A stretch of DNA of 58,526 nucleotides from Octopus bimaculoides (lineage: Eukaryota): positions 53,507,500 to 53,566,025 of the forward strand of contig NC_068988.1 in NCBI RefSeq assembly GCF_001194135.2. The letters are read 5' to 3'. Both the position numbers and the translations under genes were made by a program. This document shows, piece after piece, positions 46,901 to 58,526 of this stretch (position 1 is the first letter of the stretch; every line of letters begins with the position of its first letter). The notes beneath the pieces are model-generated. The model ran no database searches. It saw nothing but the letters and a program-made list of their open reading frames with translations, and was not told the origin of the DNA.

Positions 46901-47339
46901 ACACCCACGCATATTTTATGCCTGGAAAATAGTTATAATAACAACAAAAAATAGAATTGGGACGATCGCGGATTGACAATCTTTGAGTATGCGTCCGCTT
47001 GATCAAGGCTGACCTGGGGCTAACCAAAAATAAAGCAACAATACTGTCATGATGAAACCAGGCGTACAGAAGTCATCATGTGTACTAATGTAGGTCACAT
47101 TCCAGATGAGTCAGTTTAAGATGCATTAGTTCCGTCTGGGTGGCTTTCAGTTGTTCTCAATTGTTACACTTTAATTTGTAACCAATTGAACTCTTGTAAT
47201 CCGTATTATCAACACGTGTCAGTTGTTGTTGGGTTGTTAGTCTATATATCGTATTAGCTGATGCAATTTATGTCACAGTACTGTATATATGTTGATACGT
47301 GTGTATATGTATGCATGTGTATGCATACGTACCTACACA

Positions 47340-47500
47340 TATCTATGTATCGTTGTCCTTATATTTGTCTTCTAGCCCTCCACCACCGTTCGACAATCGG
47401 TGTTAGTTTGTTTATCTCTCCGAAACTTAGCAGTCCGGCAAAATATCCGACAGAAGTAGAATAAATACCGACTTAAAACAAAAATTAAGTACTTGCTATA
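47340..47500 (+). mobile_element. Family C SINE 3' part (old)
   Basis: ccaccaccgttcgacaatcggtgttagtttgttta...aacttagcagtccggcaaaa. Confidence 0.65.
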
Positions 47501-47820
47501 CCCCGACATACACTTAATCATACGGGCAGAAACACACACACACGCACACATGCACATTGTACGCATGTATGTCCTTAGAAATGTATAGGTAAAGCATGTG
47601 TGCCGATGCACGCCCAAACACACTCGCTCGTACAGTGCGTGTGGTAGCACATGCAAGCATTCGTACACAGACAAGATACGGACGCGCGCACACAGTCACA
47701 CAACGATCATAAACATACGTTTTGCACGCACACACGCACACTCTACTTCTCTTTTTCTCTCTCCATACATACACGCACACACGTACATATCTTGCGCGCG
47801 CGCACAGACACACACACATT

Positions 47821-47851
<31 letters not shown>

Positions 47852-47856
<5 letters not shown>

Positions 47857-48260
47857 CTTACTCTTTTACTCTCTTTTATTTGTTTCAGTCATTTGTCTGC
47901 GGCCATGCTGGAGCACTGCCTTTAGTCGAGCAAATCAACCCCAGGACTTATTCTTTGTAAGCCTAGTACTTATTCTATCGGTCTCTTTTGACGAACTGTT
48001 AAGTTACGGGGACATAAACACACCAGCATCGGTTGTCAAGCGATGTTGGGGGGACAAACAAAGACACAAACATATACACACACATACATATATATATACA
48101 TATATACGACGGGCTTCTTTCAGTTTCCGTCTACCAAATCCACTCACAAGGCTTTGGTCGGCCCGAGACTATAATAGAAGACACTTGTCCAAGGTGCCAC
48201 ATAGTGGGAATGAACCCGGAACCATGTGGTTGGTAAACAAGCGACTTACCACACAGCCAT
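47852..48260 (-). mobile_element. Family C CORE-type SINE with an internal microsatellite, full length
   Basis: tRNA-like head ggctgtgtggtaag...gggttcattccc, CORE-like ggcaccttggacaagtgtctt, internal TA/TG repeat, and 3' half ending (gtaaaaga)n. Confidence 0.9.
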
Positions 48261-48552
48261 ATATATATATGCATGCATACATACATATCATATACGTATA
48301 TACGTGTCCATGTATATCCTTCTAACAATGTGTGTGTGTGTGGTGTGTGTGTATTTATGTATCTATCAATTACTCTGTGTGTGTATGCGTGTTTATGTGT
48401 TGTTTGTATTAACGGATGCAAGAAAAAAAATACTCAGTGCGTTAGATCAGAATCGTAATAGCTTATTTACGCTGTTCTAATGACCTCCACAATGGAATTT
48501 CACGGCTATGTAACCAGATCTTCAGATTAGATCCAGTCTATTTCTATTTGAG

Positions 48553-48701
48553 GAACTACGTGTCCATAAACGCGCGCGCACACACACAGACACACACAGA
48601 CACACAGACACGCACACCCACACACACACACACACACAAACAAAAAACACACGCACGCACACGCGTACACGAACACACACAACAAACACATGCACACCCA
48701 A

Positions 48702-48735
<34 letters not shown>

Positions 48736-48962
48736 ACAAACACACACACACAAACACACGCACGCACACACAAACACACACACAAACACACACACGCACA
48801 CAAACACACACACGCACACACATAAACACACGCACGCACACACACACACAAACACACACACACGTATATATACATGCGCGCATGTACATAAACACAAACG
48901 CTCATGCATGACACAAACACAGATACACTCAGAAACATACACTCAATGCTAACGCACGCACG

Positions 48963-49006
<44 letters not shown>
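48553..49006 (+). repeat. Long degenerate (CA)n mosaic
   Basis: Direct reading. Similar CA/TA/TG/ATAC mosaics at about 1-355, 7254-7430, 9010-9780, 12520-12890, 16510-16625, 33280-33950, 44630-44820, 47520-47850, 49310-49700 and 53880-55230. Confidence 0.95.
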
Positions 49007-49007
<1 letters not shown>

Positions 49008-49476
49008 GCCTGTTAGAGAGCCAATATATGAATCGCTCAGTCTTGTAAAAATAGTTGACAAATCCGAAAATAGAACCTCTCCTTCTTGAAGAAGGAAGTA
49101 TATATGTATTGGGTCATGTAATTAGATATGCCTGAAAATGCAAATTTGTTAAGGGTAGGAGATATCTGATCACGTGATCTGTTAGAAGCCGATCTTTTGA
49201 ACTCGAAGATTATGACGTAATATTAGTTTGGTTTTGCATCAAGTTTATCGAAGTATCTGGAAGTCATTTGATAGCGGGGAAAGACTGATGAAATAATCGA
49301 CTCAGATACTCGGACACACAGACACGCGTACACACGCATACATACACAAACATACACACACACACACACACATGCACACACACACATACACACGCACACA
49401 CACACACACACACACCACGCACACAGAAGCACAAAGACGGATCACACGTACACAGATACATACATACATACATACA

Positions 49477-49508
<32 letters not shown>

Positions 49509-49709
49509 CATGTACATACATATATACATATGTACACACGTACGTGTGTGTTTGCATATTTATGGATACGAACACAAATACACATCATACACGTACACAC
49601 ACACATATCACACACACATACACATACACATACATACTATCAAACACATAAGCAGAAACATACACTTATATACAGATATAGACGTGTATGCGCGCGCGTG
49701 CATCTATAA

Positions 49710-49850
49710 TAGACATAGTCATGGTCGAATGGTTAAGAGGTATGATTTACAATCATACTCTCAAGGATTCGATCCCATTGTATGGCATCTTAGGAAAATA
49801 TCTTTTGCCATAGTCTCAGAACATCTCAAGCATTGGAAGTGAATTTGTGT
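49710..49850 (+). mobile_element. Family C-like SINE 5' half (old)
   Basis: atggttaag...ggattcgatcccattgtatggcatcttaggaaaatatctt...gcattggaagtgaatttg. Confidence 0.55.
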
Positions 49851-50049
49851 GGACGAGGACGTTTTGGAATCTTGTCCGAGTTCTATTCCTGCTGGCAAGC
49901 CTTGGCACTCCAAAATTCCCTTAGAATTACGGTAAGAGTACACCTGTTTTTGGTCGACCACTTACACGCTAATTAAAGGAGCAGGCCGTTTTATTGACCG
50001 AAACATTGGAAACCGTCGAAACCGCCGGAAACCTATTTACATATATTAA

Positions 50050-50263
50050 CGGCTTCAAATTTTGGCTCAAGGCCAGCAGTTTCGCGAGAAAAGCTAAGTC
50101 GGTTACAACGGCCCCAGTGCTCAACTGGTACTTATTTTATCGACCTCGAAAGGATGAAAAGCAAAGTCGACCTCGGTGAAATTTGAAGTCAGAACGTACA
50201 GACAGACGAAACGCCGCTAAACATTATCTCCGGCCTGCTAATGATTCTGCCATTTCGCCGCCA
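50050..50263 (-). mobile_element. Family A SINE
   Basis: Perfect 16-bp TSD tatttacatatattaa at 50034-50049 and 50264-50279. Confidence 0.93.
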
Positions 50264-50645
50264 TATTTACATATATTAATGCAAAATAATTTCTTTTTTT
50301 TTTTTTTGGAATTAGATCTCGAAGTATATTAATGCTATAAATAATAGCATTGGGCTGAAAAACTCTCTTTGAATAGAAAAAGGTCAGAAATAATTTAGAG
50401 TGTGTTTCAATAATGTGTACCTAGTACAGATGCAAAATGAAGAAAGTATACATTGACGTAATCCTTGTGTAGGTTCAAAAATCGTGACTCAGATTTTCAA
50501 GTGCAGTTAAGTATCAGTGTAATCAACGAACTTATCAATATCAGCTCTGCACATACCGAAGGCCGGACTCGTATGCACTATAATTGCACATGTACAAGTT
50601 GTTGAAATGGATACTAGGCCTTATTGGTGTGATTATTCAAGTCGA

Positions 50646-51036
50646 GTGGAGGCGCAAAGGCCCAGTGGCTAGGGCAGCGGACTCGCGGTCATAGGATCGC
50701 GGTTTCGATTCCCAGACCGGGCGTTGTGAGTGTTTATTGAGCGAAAACACCTAAAAGCTCCACGAGGCTCCGGCATGGGGATGGTGGCGAACCCTGCTGT
50801 ACTCTTTCACCACAACTTTCTCTCACTCTTTCTTCCTGTTTCTGTTGTACCGGTATTTCAAAGAGTCAGCCTTGTGACACTGTGCCACGCTGAATATCCT
50901 CGAGAACTACGTTAAGGGTACACATGTCTGTGGAGTGCTCATCCACTTGCACGTTAATTTTACGAGCAGGCTGTTCCGTTGATCGGACCAACTGGAACCC
51001 TCGACGTCGTAAGCGACGGAGTGCCAACAACAACAA
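50646..51036 (+). mobile_element. Family B SINE, full length
   Basis: Closely matches 18599-18963 along its length. Possible 8-bp flank repeat attcaagt. Confidence 0.93.
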
Positions 51037-51229
51037 ATTCAAGTTGGTAACGATGTTGAATACTAGCTACCTGAAAGGCAAACAAATGTGTCTTGAAACC
51101 AGGAATGACAAGCGGGATGTCATTAACTAAAATTAATAAGAGAAATCGGATTTAGGAATAATAGGAAATAAGCTAACTCAGTCACCTCTTCCCCATAATC
51201 CTTAAGTGGTTCCTCGCTCCAGTAACAGA

Positions 51230-52150
51230 CACTGACCGGCGTGAATTTGCTCCTCCAGATGCTGTGTTGCAAGCTGACCGATTTATTCTTATTAATGTCT
51301 GCTCCTGTTTTTATCACGTGTTTCTTCTGTATGGTGCTGCCACCTCAATTTACGAGATACCCGACAGTATGACATTTACGCCGTCTGCCCTCTCTTGCAG
51401 TATCGATGGAAGACCTGCTCAGATCAGAGTAGTATCGGATAATATCTAGGCTGACTCTGAAGATAAAACAGTTGTGTTCTGAGTACCAATTATTCGAATA
51501 TGTAGACATTCAATGCCGTTTCTATCCACTACACTTCCAAAAACACTAATGCTTCAGATAGCTGTTCTTCCAAGTACGGAAAATACTTGAAACGTTAGAC
51601 TTCTCTTTTTCACAGAATAAATCATATCTCACCGCTTGAGTTATCTGTATCACTGTTTGCCGACACAAAACATCACTAGTTTCCTTCCATCTTACTGCTT
51701 TCTGACAAAAATTCTGCCGAGAAGAAATTTGGTTCATTCAAGCCAACGTTGGTATGTTCAGGAAACCCAGTCAGTATCTTCCAGACAATTAACTCTCTAA
51801 CTGCTACTCTCGTACAATCTTAGGGTGTATTTAAAGTACTATTTCAGTAATCCACTAACACGAATGGAGGATATGTTACCAAGAATGCTTCTGAACGCTT
51901 GAAATATTACACCATCTGATATCTATCAGGACATAAATGGTCGAAGTCTAAAAGCACTGCCTTCACTTCTGTTCATGCCCAGTGTCACTGACTTACCTGA
52001 ACCAATACAGCCCCCTCCATTTGATCAGGGCTGATCAAACAAGGAGAACACCTAGTAGTCAACCAGCAGAAGTGCAAGTACGGGTTTCTCGGAAATCCTG
52101 ATCTGGTAGATGGCTACCACATCTATATCAAATGACCTGAGATCGTTAAA
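51230..52150 (-). mobile_element. Degenerate apurinic-endonuclease region of an L1/Tx1-like LINE
   Basis: DLRSFDIDVVAI near 52110-52145, plus scattered weaker similarity. Heavily disrupted. Confidence 0.4.
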
Positions 52151-53013
52151 AAGTGGTCTTGCTTCTAAACTGACCCTAGACCACTTGTATTTATATAAAC
52201 AATACTTAGTAGTGAAATATTAAGCAGATAAAAAGCGAGTAGGAGAACTTAATCCGGTTTTATTTTTCGGATCCTTGAAATACTTCACCATAAATCCTTC
52301 CTCTAATTTGAAAATCTTCATAACGCAGGGAAACTATTTTTGTTTTAGCGGTAGTTTTCTGTTGAGTTGCACCAGAAGTATTTCAATGGACTTTCCCCGC
52401 AAAAAAAATATTTATTTATTTATGTTTAACAATAATCCAACAACTCAATATTGTCATTTCAGAGAGACGGTTTAGTATTCAAAGATAAAGGTGGTTTGTA
52501 CGACACTCTGATTCATGTTATCCATCGTTTCCTTATTTACCTCAACAGCGTCAATATAGAACATTAAAAAGACGTGTTGCAAATTAATACGAGAGAGAGA
52601 AATGCATCGAATGAACTCCTTCTCTAACCCCAACAAAGAATAACATATAAATGAGAAGACTTTGGATATATAAAAGATATATAAAAGTGAGATGGCCATG
52701 TCTAAGGCAAATTAAGGCAAAAAAAACCATGAGGGGCCTGCATGGAGTTTGGGTTGATGTTTTTAAGAAGCACCGTAACATTCTGTTCTCCAAGATCCCA
52801 TATGAACCTATATCATAGCAAGAAACTCAGATGACGACAGCAATATCAAACCCACTCATTCATCAAAAGACAACCAGTTAAGAATGGGCATAGAAAAGGT
52901 GATAATGGCACTGCCCCAGCATGACCACAGCCTCGGGCTGGAACATATAAAGGAATATTTGCATCTCTATACGCATACAGGCACGCGAACACACACACAC
53001 AAACATACATACA

Positions 53014-53042
<29 letters not shown>

Positions 53043-53044
<2 letters not shown>

Positions 53045-53303
53045 CCTTTCTGCTATAGGCACAAGGCCTGAAATTTTGGAGGAGAGGACTAATCGATTAC
53101 ATCGACCCCAGTGTTTCACTGGTACTTAATTTATCAACCCCGAAAGGATGAAATGCCAAGTCGACCTTGGCGGAATTTGAACTCTGAACGTAGTGACAGG
53201 CGAAATACCAGTAAGCATTTCGTCCTGCGCGCTAACGATTCTGTCAGTTCAGATAGTATAATCATCTTTCCTTAGACGTAAGACCAGCAATTGCGGGAGA
53301 TAG

Positions 53304-53375
<72 letters not shown>

Positions 53376-53475
53376 ACAATCGATTATACTGACATCATTA
53401 GTTGGCTGGTACTTCGGCGGGATTTGAACTCAGAACGTAAAGGTCCGCAATCAAATATGTATTTCGTCCATCGCT
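53043..53475 (-). mobile_element. Two tandem family A SINEs
   Basis: Copy at 53043-53250, and a degraded copy at 53270-53475 with an AG/TG microsatellite inside. Confidence 0.8.
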
Positions 53476-53674
53476 CGACCACCACCACTCTTATAATAAA
53501 ACTATATATGAATATTATCAAAATTATAAATGAAATATAAATGCAGTGAAAATAAAAAAAAAAAGACAAAAGAAACAGAAATGAAGGTACAAGAGAGGGT
53601 GAGATAAAGAAAGAGAGAGAGAAGGAACACAGAAACATGCAAACGGGCACACATAAACTGATGCGCACGCAGAC

Positions 53675-53865
53675 ACTTGTACTGGTTCAAATGGCAGCCA
53701 AATCACCCTCAAATCACACAGACCGTCTTTTTAAAAAAATGGTAAGAAATCTTGAAAAAACAATAAAGATGGGTTGCTATAGTCAGATTCCGTTTGATCA
53801 TTGATCGATTTAAGCTTAAGTCAATGTCAGCTGATCTGAAAGGCTAAATAACAACAATAACAACA
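53675..53865 (+). mobile_element. Family D repeat
   Basis: gcagccaaatcaccctcaaatcacacagaccgtc...tttgatcatt...ggctaaataacaacaataac. Confidence 0.5.
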
Positions 53866-53986
53866 GTAGCAAGACATACAAACATGCGTACTCACACGCA
53901 CACATACACATACAAAAACAAATACACACACACGTACACACACACACATACATGCGTGTATACAATGAAGCATATATACATATATA

Positions 53987-54036
<50 letters not shown>

Positions 54037-54130
54037 TAGACACACACACATACACATGCGCGCGCACACACACACACACAGATACACGCGCGCGCGTATA
54101 CAATGAACCATATATATGTATATCTATATA

Positions 54131-54178
<48 letters not shown>

Positions 54179-55127
54179 NNNNNNNNNNNNNNNNNNNNNN
54201 NNNNNNNNNNNNNNNNNNNNNNNNNNNNNNNNNNNNNNNNNNNNNNNNNNNNNNNNNNNNNNNNNNNNNNNNNNNNNNNNNNNNNNNNNNNNNNNNNNNN
54301 NNNNNNNNNNNNNNNNNNNNNNNNNNNNNNNNNNNNNNNNNNNNNNNNNNNNNNNNNNNNNNNNNNNNNNNNNNNNNNNNNNNNNNNNNNNNNNNNNNNN
54401 NNNNNNNNNNNNNNNNNNNNNNNNNNNNNNNNNNNNNNNNNNNNNNNNNNNNNNNNNNNNNNNNNNNNNNNNNNNNNNNNNNNNNNNNNNNNNNNNNNNN
54501 NNNNNNNNNNNNNNNNNNNNNNNNNNNNNNNNNNNNNNNNNNNNNNNNNNNNNNNNNNNNNNNNNNNNNNNNNNNNNNNNNNNNNNNNNNNNNNNNNNNN
54601 NNNNNNNNNNNNNNNNNNNNNNNNNNNNNNNNNNNNNNNNNNNNNNNNNNNNNNNNNNNNNNNNNNNNNNNNNNNNNNNNNNNNNNNNNNNNNNNNNNNN
54701 NNNNNNNNNNNNNNNNNNNNNNNNNNNNNNNNNNNNNNNNNNNNNNNNNNNNNNNNNNNNNNNNNNNNNNNNNNNNNNNNNNNNNNNNNNNNNNNNNNNN
54801 NNNNNNNNNNNNNNNNNNNNNNNNNNNNNNNNNNNNNNNNNNNNNNNNNNNNNNNNNNNNNNNNNNNNNNNNNNNNNNNNNNNNNNNNNNNNNNNNNNNN
54901 NNNNNNNNNNNNNNNNNNNNNNNNNNNNNNNNNNNNNNNNNNNNNNNNNNNNNNNNNNNNNNNNNNNNNNNNNNNNNNNNNNNNNNNNNNNNNNNNNNNN
55001 NNNNNNNNNNNNNNNNNNNNNNNNNNNNCAATTTTTTTCTATGATTCATCAAAACAGAGATGATGTCACGAACGGGGCTGAAAAGTTCACACATGCACAC
55101 AGATATATGCACATACACACACGGGCG

Positions 55128-55159
<32 letters not shown>

Positions 55160-55714
55160 TCCATACATCCATACATAAATACATGCATACATCATAAGCA
55201 TATATATATAGAAATAGATATATATATATATATTAATTTTTTCTCTCTTCGATAGATGTACACAATAGATACTATCATAACCCCGGAATTATTCTAATCT
55301 ATTCCGAAGGATCCAGTGACTAATACAAGCAATGTGTCATTGTTTATATCAGCTGACAAATTCTGACTGACGTAATTCCTGTTCATTGATAGTACCTCTC
55401 ATCATCATCTTTACATTGTTTATTAGTTCCATCATTCACTATCGATGAACAGGTATGTTGTACTTTAACCCAACTGGTGATACGCAGCTATGTCTCATGC
55501 TCGCGTGTGTATGAACCTGTACAGGTGTGCACATGTCGATATGCATCAGTATTTGTAATCCGATATTCTTTCAATTTATAATTGGTTTCGGTCATTTGAC
55601 TGCGGCCATACAGGGGTACAGTCTTTTAACAATCACATCGATCTCAATTTTTATTTTAAGTGCAATGCTTATTTCATCAAATTCTATTTATCGAAACTCT
55701 AAGTTTCTTCACAC

Positions 55715-55716
55715 TA

Positions 55717-55751
<35 letters not shown>

Positions 55752-55752
55752 T
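55715..55752. repeat. (TAA)n tail/target at the 3' end of R4/Dong-like copy 1
   Basis: tattgttattatt... lies directly beside the element's 3' UTR. Confidence 0.9.
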
Positions 55753-57557
55753 AAAAATAAAATATGGTCTGTTGTCTTCTGCTGAACCGGGGTCATCCCT
55801 TGACCCTAGGGTTACAGCAGGTCCTCATCTCATGGAGAGTAATCGGCGTAAAATGTGTGCGGAACCTAGCAACACTATTTTCTGAAGTTCTCTCACGTTA
55901 ACACTGCAAGGGAGTTTGTTGAGCTGCTTATGAAGGCCCTTTTTAATTAACCCTAACGCTCCAATCACTACTGGTGCTGTGCTGCTTTTCATTCCCCACA
56001 TGGTAGTCACTTCTATTTCTAGGTCTTTGTACTTAAATAACTTCTCAACTTCTATAATGAACACATTTGTCTCTGATGATACTGTCACATCTATCATTAA
56101 GCACTTCTTATTCTTCCCATCTTTGATGATTATGTCCGGCCTGTTTGCTTTGGTTTCTTTATCGGTGTTGATTGGCATGTCCCAGAGTACTGTTACATCA
56201 TCTTTTCCGGTTACAGTTTCATGTCTATCCTGGTACTATCTTTCTGAAGTTGGAAGCTGGTAGTGTTTACATATCTTCCAATGGATATATTGCGCTACTC
56301 TATCGTGTCTATGAATATATTCGGTTTTTGCAAGCGCTGAGCATCCAGTTAAGATGTGGTCCATTGTTTCATCCTGCTCATGACACATTCTGTATTTCGG
56401 GTCAGTGCCATCGTTCATTATTTTGTTGTGGTAAGCCCTGGTTGCCAAGCTTTGATCTTGTGCTGCTATGATAAAAGCTTCGGTTTCAGCCTTCAGTCCT
56501 GAGCTCTTCCTCCATACATGAGTGTCTCGTTTTTCTACGTCTGGTTTGTTCACTCTACATGGGTATTGGCCATGCATCGGTTTTTCTAACCATTCTTCTT
56601 TGCTCTTCTTCGGGCTTGTTTTTTCATCTCTTCTTTAACTCTTTTAGCAAACTGGGTTATTTTCTCACTCGCCTTCATCCTAGGTTCCTCCGTCATCAGT
56701 TGTTTCCTAAACTGTACAGATTCTTTGTATAACGAGTATAGCTTCTTTACTTTATCATGCTGGTAGACAAACTTCATTAGAGGATCTTTTGACAGCTCAA
56801 GATATGTATTTAATCCTACAATGGTGGTTTTGTAAGATAATTCTAATTGAGTTAGTCCTCTTCCTCCTATGTTTCTCGGTAAATAAATCCTGTTCACGTC
56901 CGCTTTTGGGTGGTTCATTCGAGTCATGGTTAGTAGTTTTCTGGTTTTGGAGTCTAGCTTCTTTATTTCGATCATTTGCCAGTTGATTATGTTGAAACTG
57001 TAAGCTACGGTTGGTACTGCAAGAGTGTTAATGGCTTCTATTTTGTTTGCAGCGTTCAGTTCAGTCTTTGTTACTAACCGTACTCTCCTGTAGTACTCTT
57101 TTCTAATCTTCTCTTTCATTGCTGAATGTTTTATGCCGTTACTTTCGTCTCTGCCAAGGTATTTATATGCTTCTTCCTGGTTCAGTGCTCGGATTCTTGC
57201 CTCTGTATCTACGCGGATATCCGCAGAACATGCCAGTTTGTCTCTTATGAAAGTGGCTTTCGTGCATTTCTCCAGTCCAAACTGCATCCCGATATCATCA
57301 CTGAACTTTTTAACCGTAGCAAGTAGACCTTGTTGTTCGTCATTTTTTGAGTACATTTTCAGATCATCCATATAGAACAGATGGCTGCCTTTTTTCTTCT
57401 TGATCTCATATCCATACCCAGTTTTGTTGAGCATGATACTTAATGGTGTCAGTGCTAAGCAGAATATTAAGGGCGACAGCAAGTCCCCCTGGAAGGTACC
57501 ACTTTTGATTTTGATTGGTCTGCTTGTTATTGATCTACTGGAATGGTTCAGTGTCAC
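55753..57557 (-). mobile_element. R4/Dong-like non-LTR retrotransposon (RLE type), 5'-truncated, copy 1
   Basis: RT motifs GTFQGDLLSPLIFCLAL and HLFYMDDLKMY, then MHGQY, a zinc-knuckle region (YRMCHEQDETMDHILTGC...RHD) and an RLE motif (RPDIIIKD...CLMID...EKLFKYKDL). One frameshift near 56590-56600 and one in-frame stop at 56236-56238. The 3' UTR 55753-55824 runs into (TAA)n. Confidence 0.92.
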
Positions 57558-57638
<81 letters not shown>

Positions 57639-57650
57639 CATTATTATTAC

Positions 57651-57683
<33 letters not shown>

Positions 57684-57687
57684 CATT
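57558..57687. repeat. (TAA)n/(ATT)n tract joining the two R4/Dong-like copies
   Basis: About 130 bp of near-pure triplet repeat. It creates the artefactual poly-Ile N-terminus of ORF 56586..57686. Confidence 0.97.
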
Positions 57688-58526
57688 GCCTTTGCACAGA
57701 TTCTAATGCTGAAGATGTACTACAGTGTCAGCTGTTCCTACCAGTGAACTAAGGTAACACCTCTTATTTTTCGAGCACCTTCCGGAGTATTCGGGCGTTT
57801 CCAAGCAGTACTGTTTTCTGCAAATGCTCCACCCTTATTACAGCCCCTATTTGTTCCACGTACTTCTCGAGATTTTTGCTCACTGTTCCCATGCTCCGAC
57901 AATTATTAATACTACTGCTACCTTTTTCATCGACCACAACTGCTTAACTTCCCAAGCTAACCTGTCATATCTCTCGACTTTTCTTTCTTCCTTATCGCAT
58001 ACCTTGTTGTCAGCTGGGCATGCTATATCTATAATCCAGCATAGTTTGTTTTCTTACTCAATTAAGACTATGTCTGGCTTCCTATTCTCTATCTCATGGT
58101 CGCACTGAATCATAAAATCCCATAAGATCTTTGCATTTTTATTTTCGATGATGCCTTCGGGTTTATGGTCGTACCAATTTTTTGTTCTGTCAATTCCATA
58201 CTTGTTGCAACGTGTCCAATGGACAAGCCGGGCTATATTATCGTGGCGTCTCTTATATTCCTTCTGGGCTAGTGGCGTACATTGGCTGGTAATATACCAT
58301 ACAGTTTCACCATTTTGTCCACAGATTCTGCATTTATCACTTTCTGATGTGTTGTCTATTCTGTATTTTATGTAGTTTGTTCTTAGTGCTTACTCTTGGA
58401 CAGCACAGATTAGAGCCTCCGTTTTCGGTTTTAAATCACTTTTAGTCATCCACGGCCATCTTTTTTCTCTATCTGTCTTATCTTCAACATCCCTATGAAA
58501 TTGACCATGCATTCTTTTCTTTAACC
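57688..58526 (-). mobile_element. R4/Dong-like non-LTR retrotransposon, 3' part of a second, divergent lineage (runs off the window)
   Basis: Minus strand reads MHGQFHRD...LKPKTEALICAVQE*ALRTNY...CRICGQNGETVWYITSQC...RRHDNIA...RKPDIVLIE*...WIIDIACPAD. It has in-frame stops. The 3' end abuts (TAA)n at 57687. Confidence 0.9.

Noticed and set aside
58-55184. Many long ORFs in the track (poly-YI/HT/CV/MYVC, poly-X, poly-E/K/R/S/L, poly-M/T/I)
   Set aside because: They are translations of microsatellites or read-through of N-gaps, with no domain content.
55310-55453. Exon ending at a good donor CAG|GTATGT
   Set aside because: All three frames are closed from the plausible acceptors. Only a non-coding exon is possible, and nothing supports it.
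56586-57686. 366-aa ORF as an intact gene with a poly-Ile N-terminus
   Set aside because: The N-terminus is the (TAA)n tract fused by chance in frame to a 5'-truncated RT.

Overview
AT-rich, extremely microsatellite-rich animal DNA with 11 N-gaps (4565-4651, 7311-7320, 7967-7985, 9321-9630, 13375-13660, 19583-19956, 30113-30170, 33322-33602, 34602-35016, 41749-42027, 54179-55028). The repeat families and SSR density look like an octopus (coleoid cephalopod) assembly; this is inferred from recall, not a search. I found no host protein-coding gene, so the window is intergenic or a large intron. Nearly all ORFs in the supplied track are microsatellite or N-gap read-through. Content: about 28 loci of one tRNA-derived SINE (my label 'family A'), other SINE families (B; C, CORE-type with an internal microsatellite; D), DNA-transposon relics (piggyBac, mariner, Tigger, Tc2-like, hAT MITE, Helentron-type HINE) and LINE relics (RTE, L1/Tx1-like, I/Jockey-like, Penelope). 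Best leads: (1) restriction-like-endonuclease LINEs tied to microsatellites: two divergent R4/Dong-like lineages stacked head-to-tail in (TAA)n, and a third tied to (ACAT)n; (2) a minimal hammerhead ribozyme with an intact core at 20602-20647 (-) and a decayed one at 41621-41655; (3) a 403-bp spacer-less palindrome; (4) an 11x30-bp minisatellite grown from a SINE tRNA head; (5) a CTTGT-loop hairpin with covarying stems in three different SINE tails; (6) a roughly 700-bp unit duplicated 5.19 kb apart with perfectly conserved blocks, next to an octamer cluster. All alignments, folds and boundaries were done by eye, and boundaries of old copies are approximate.
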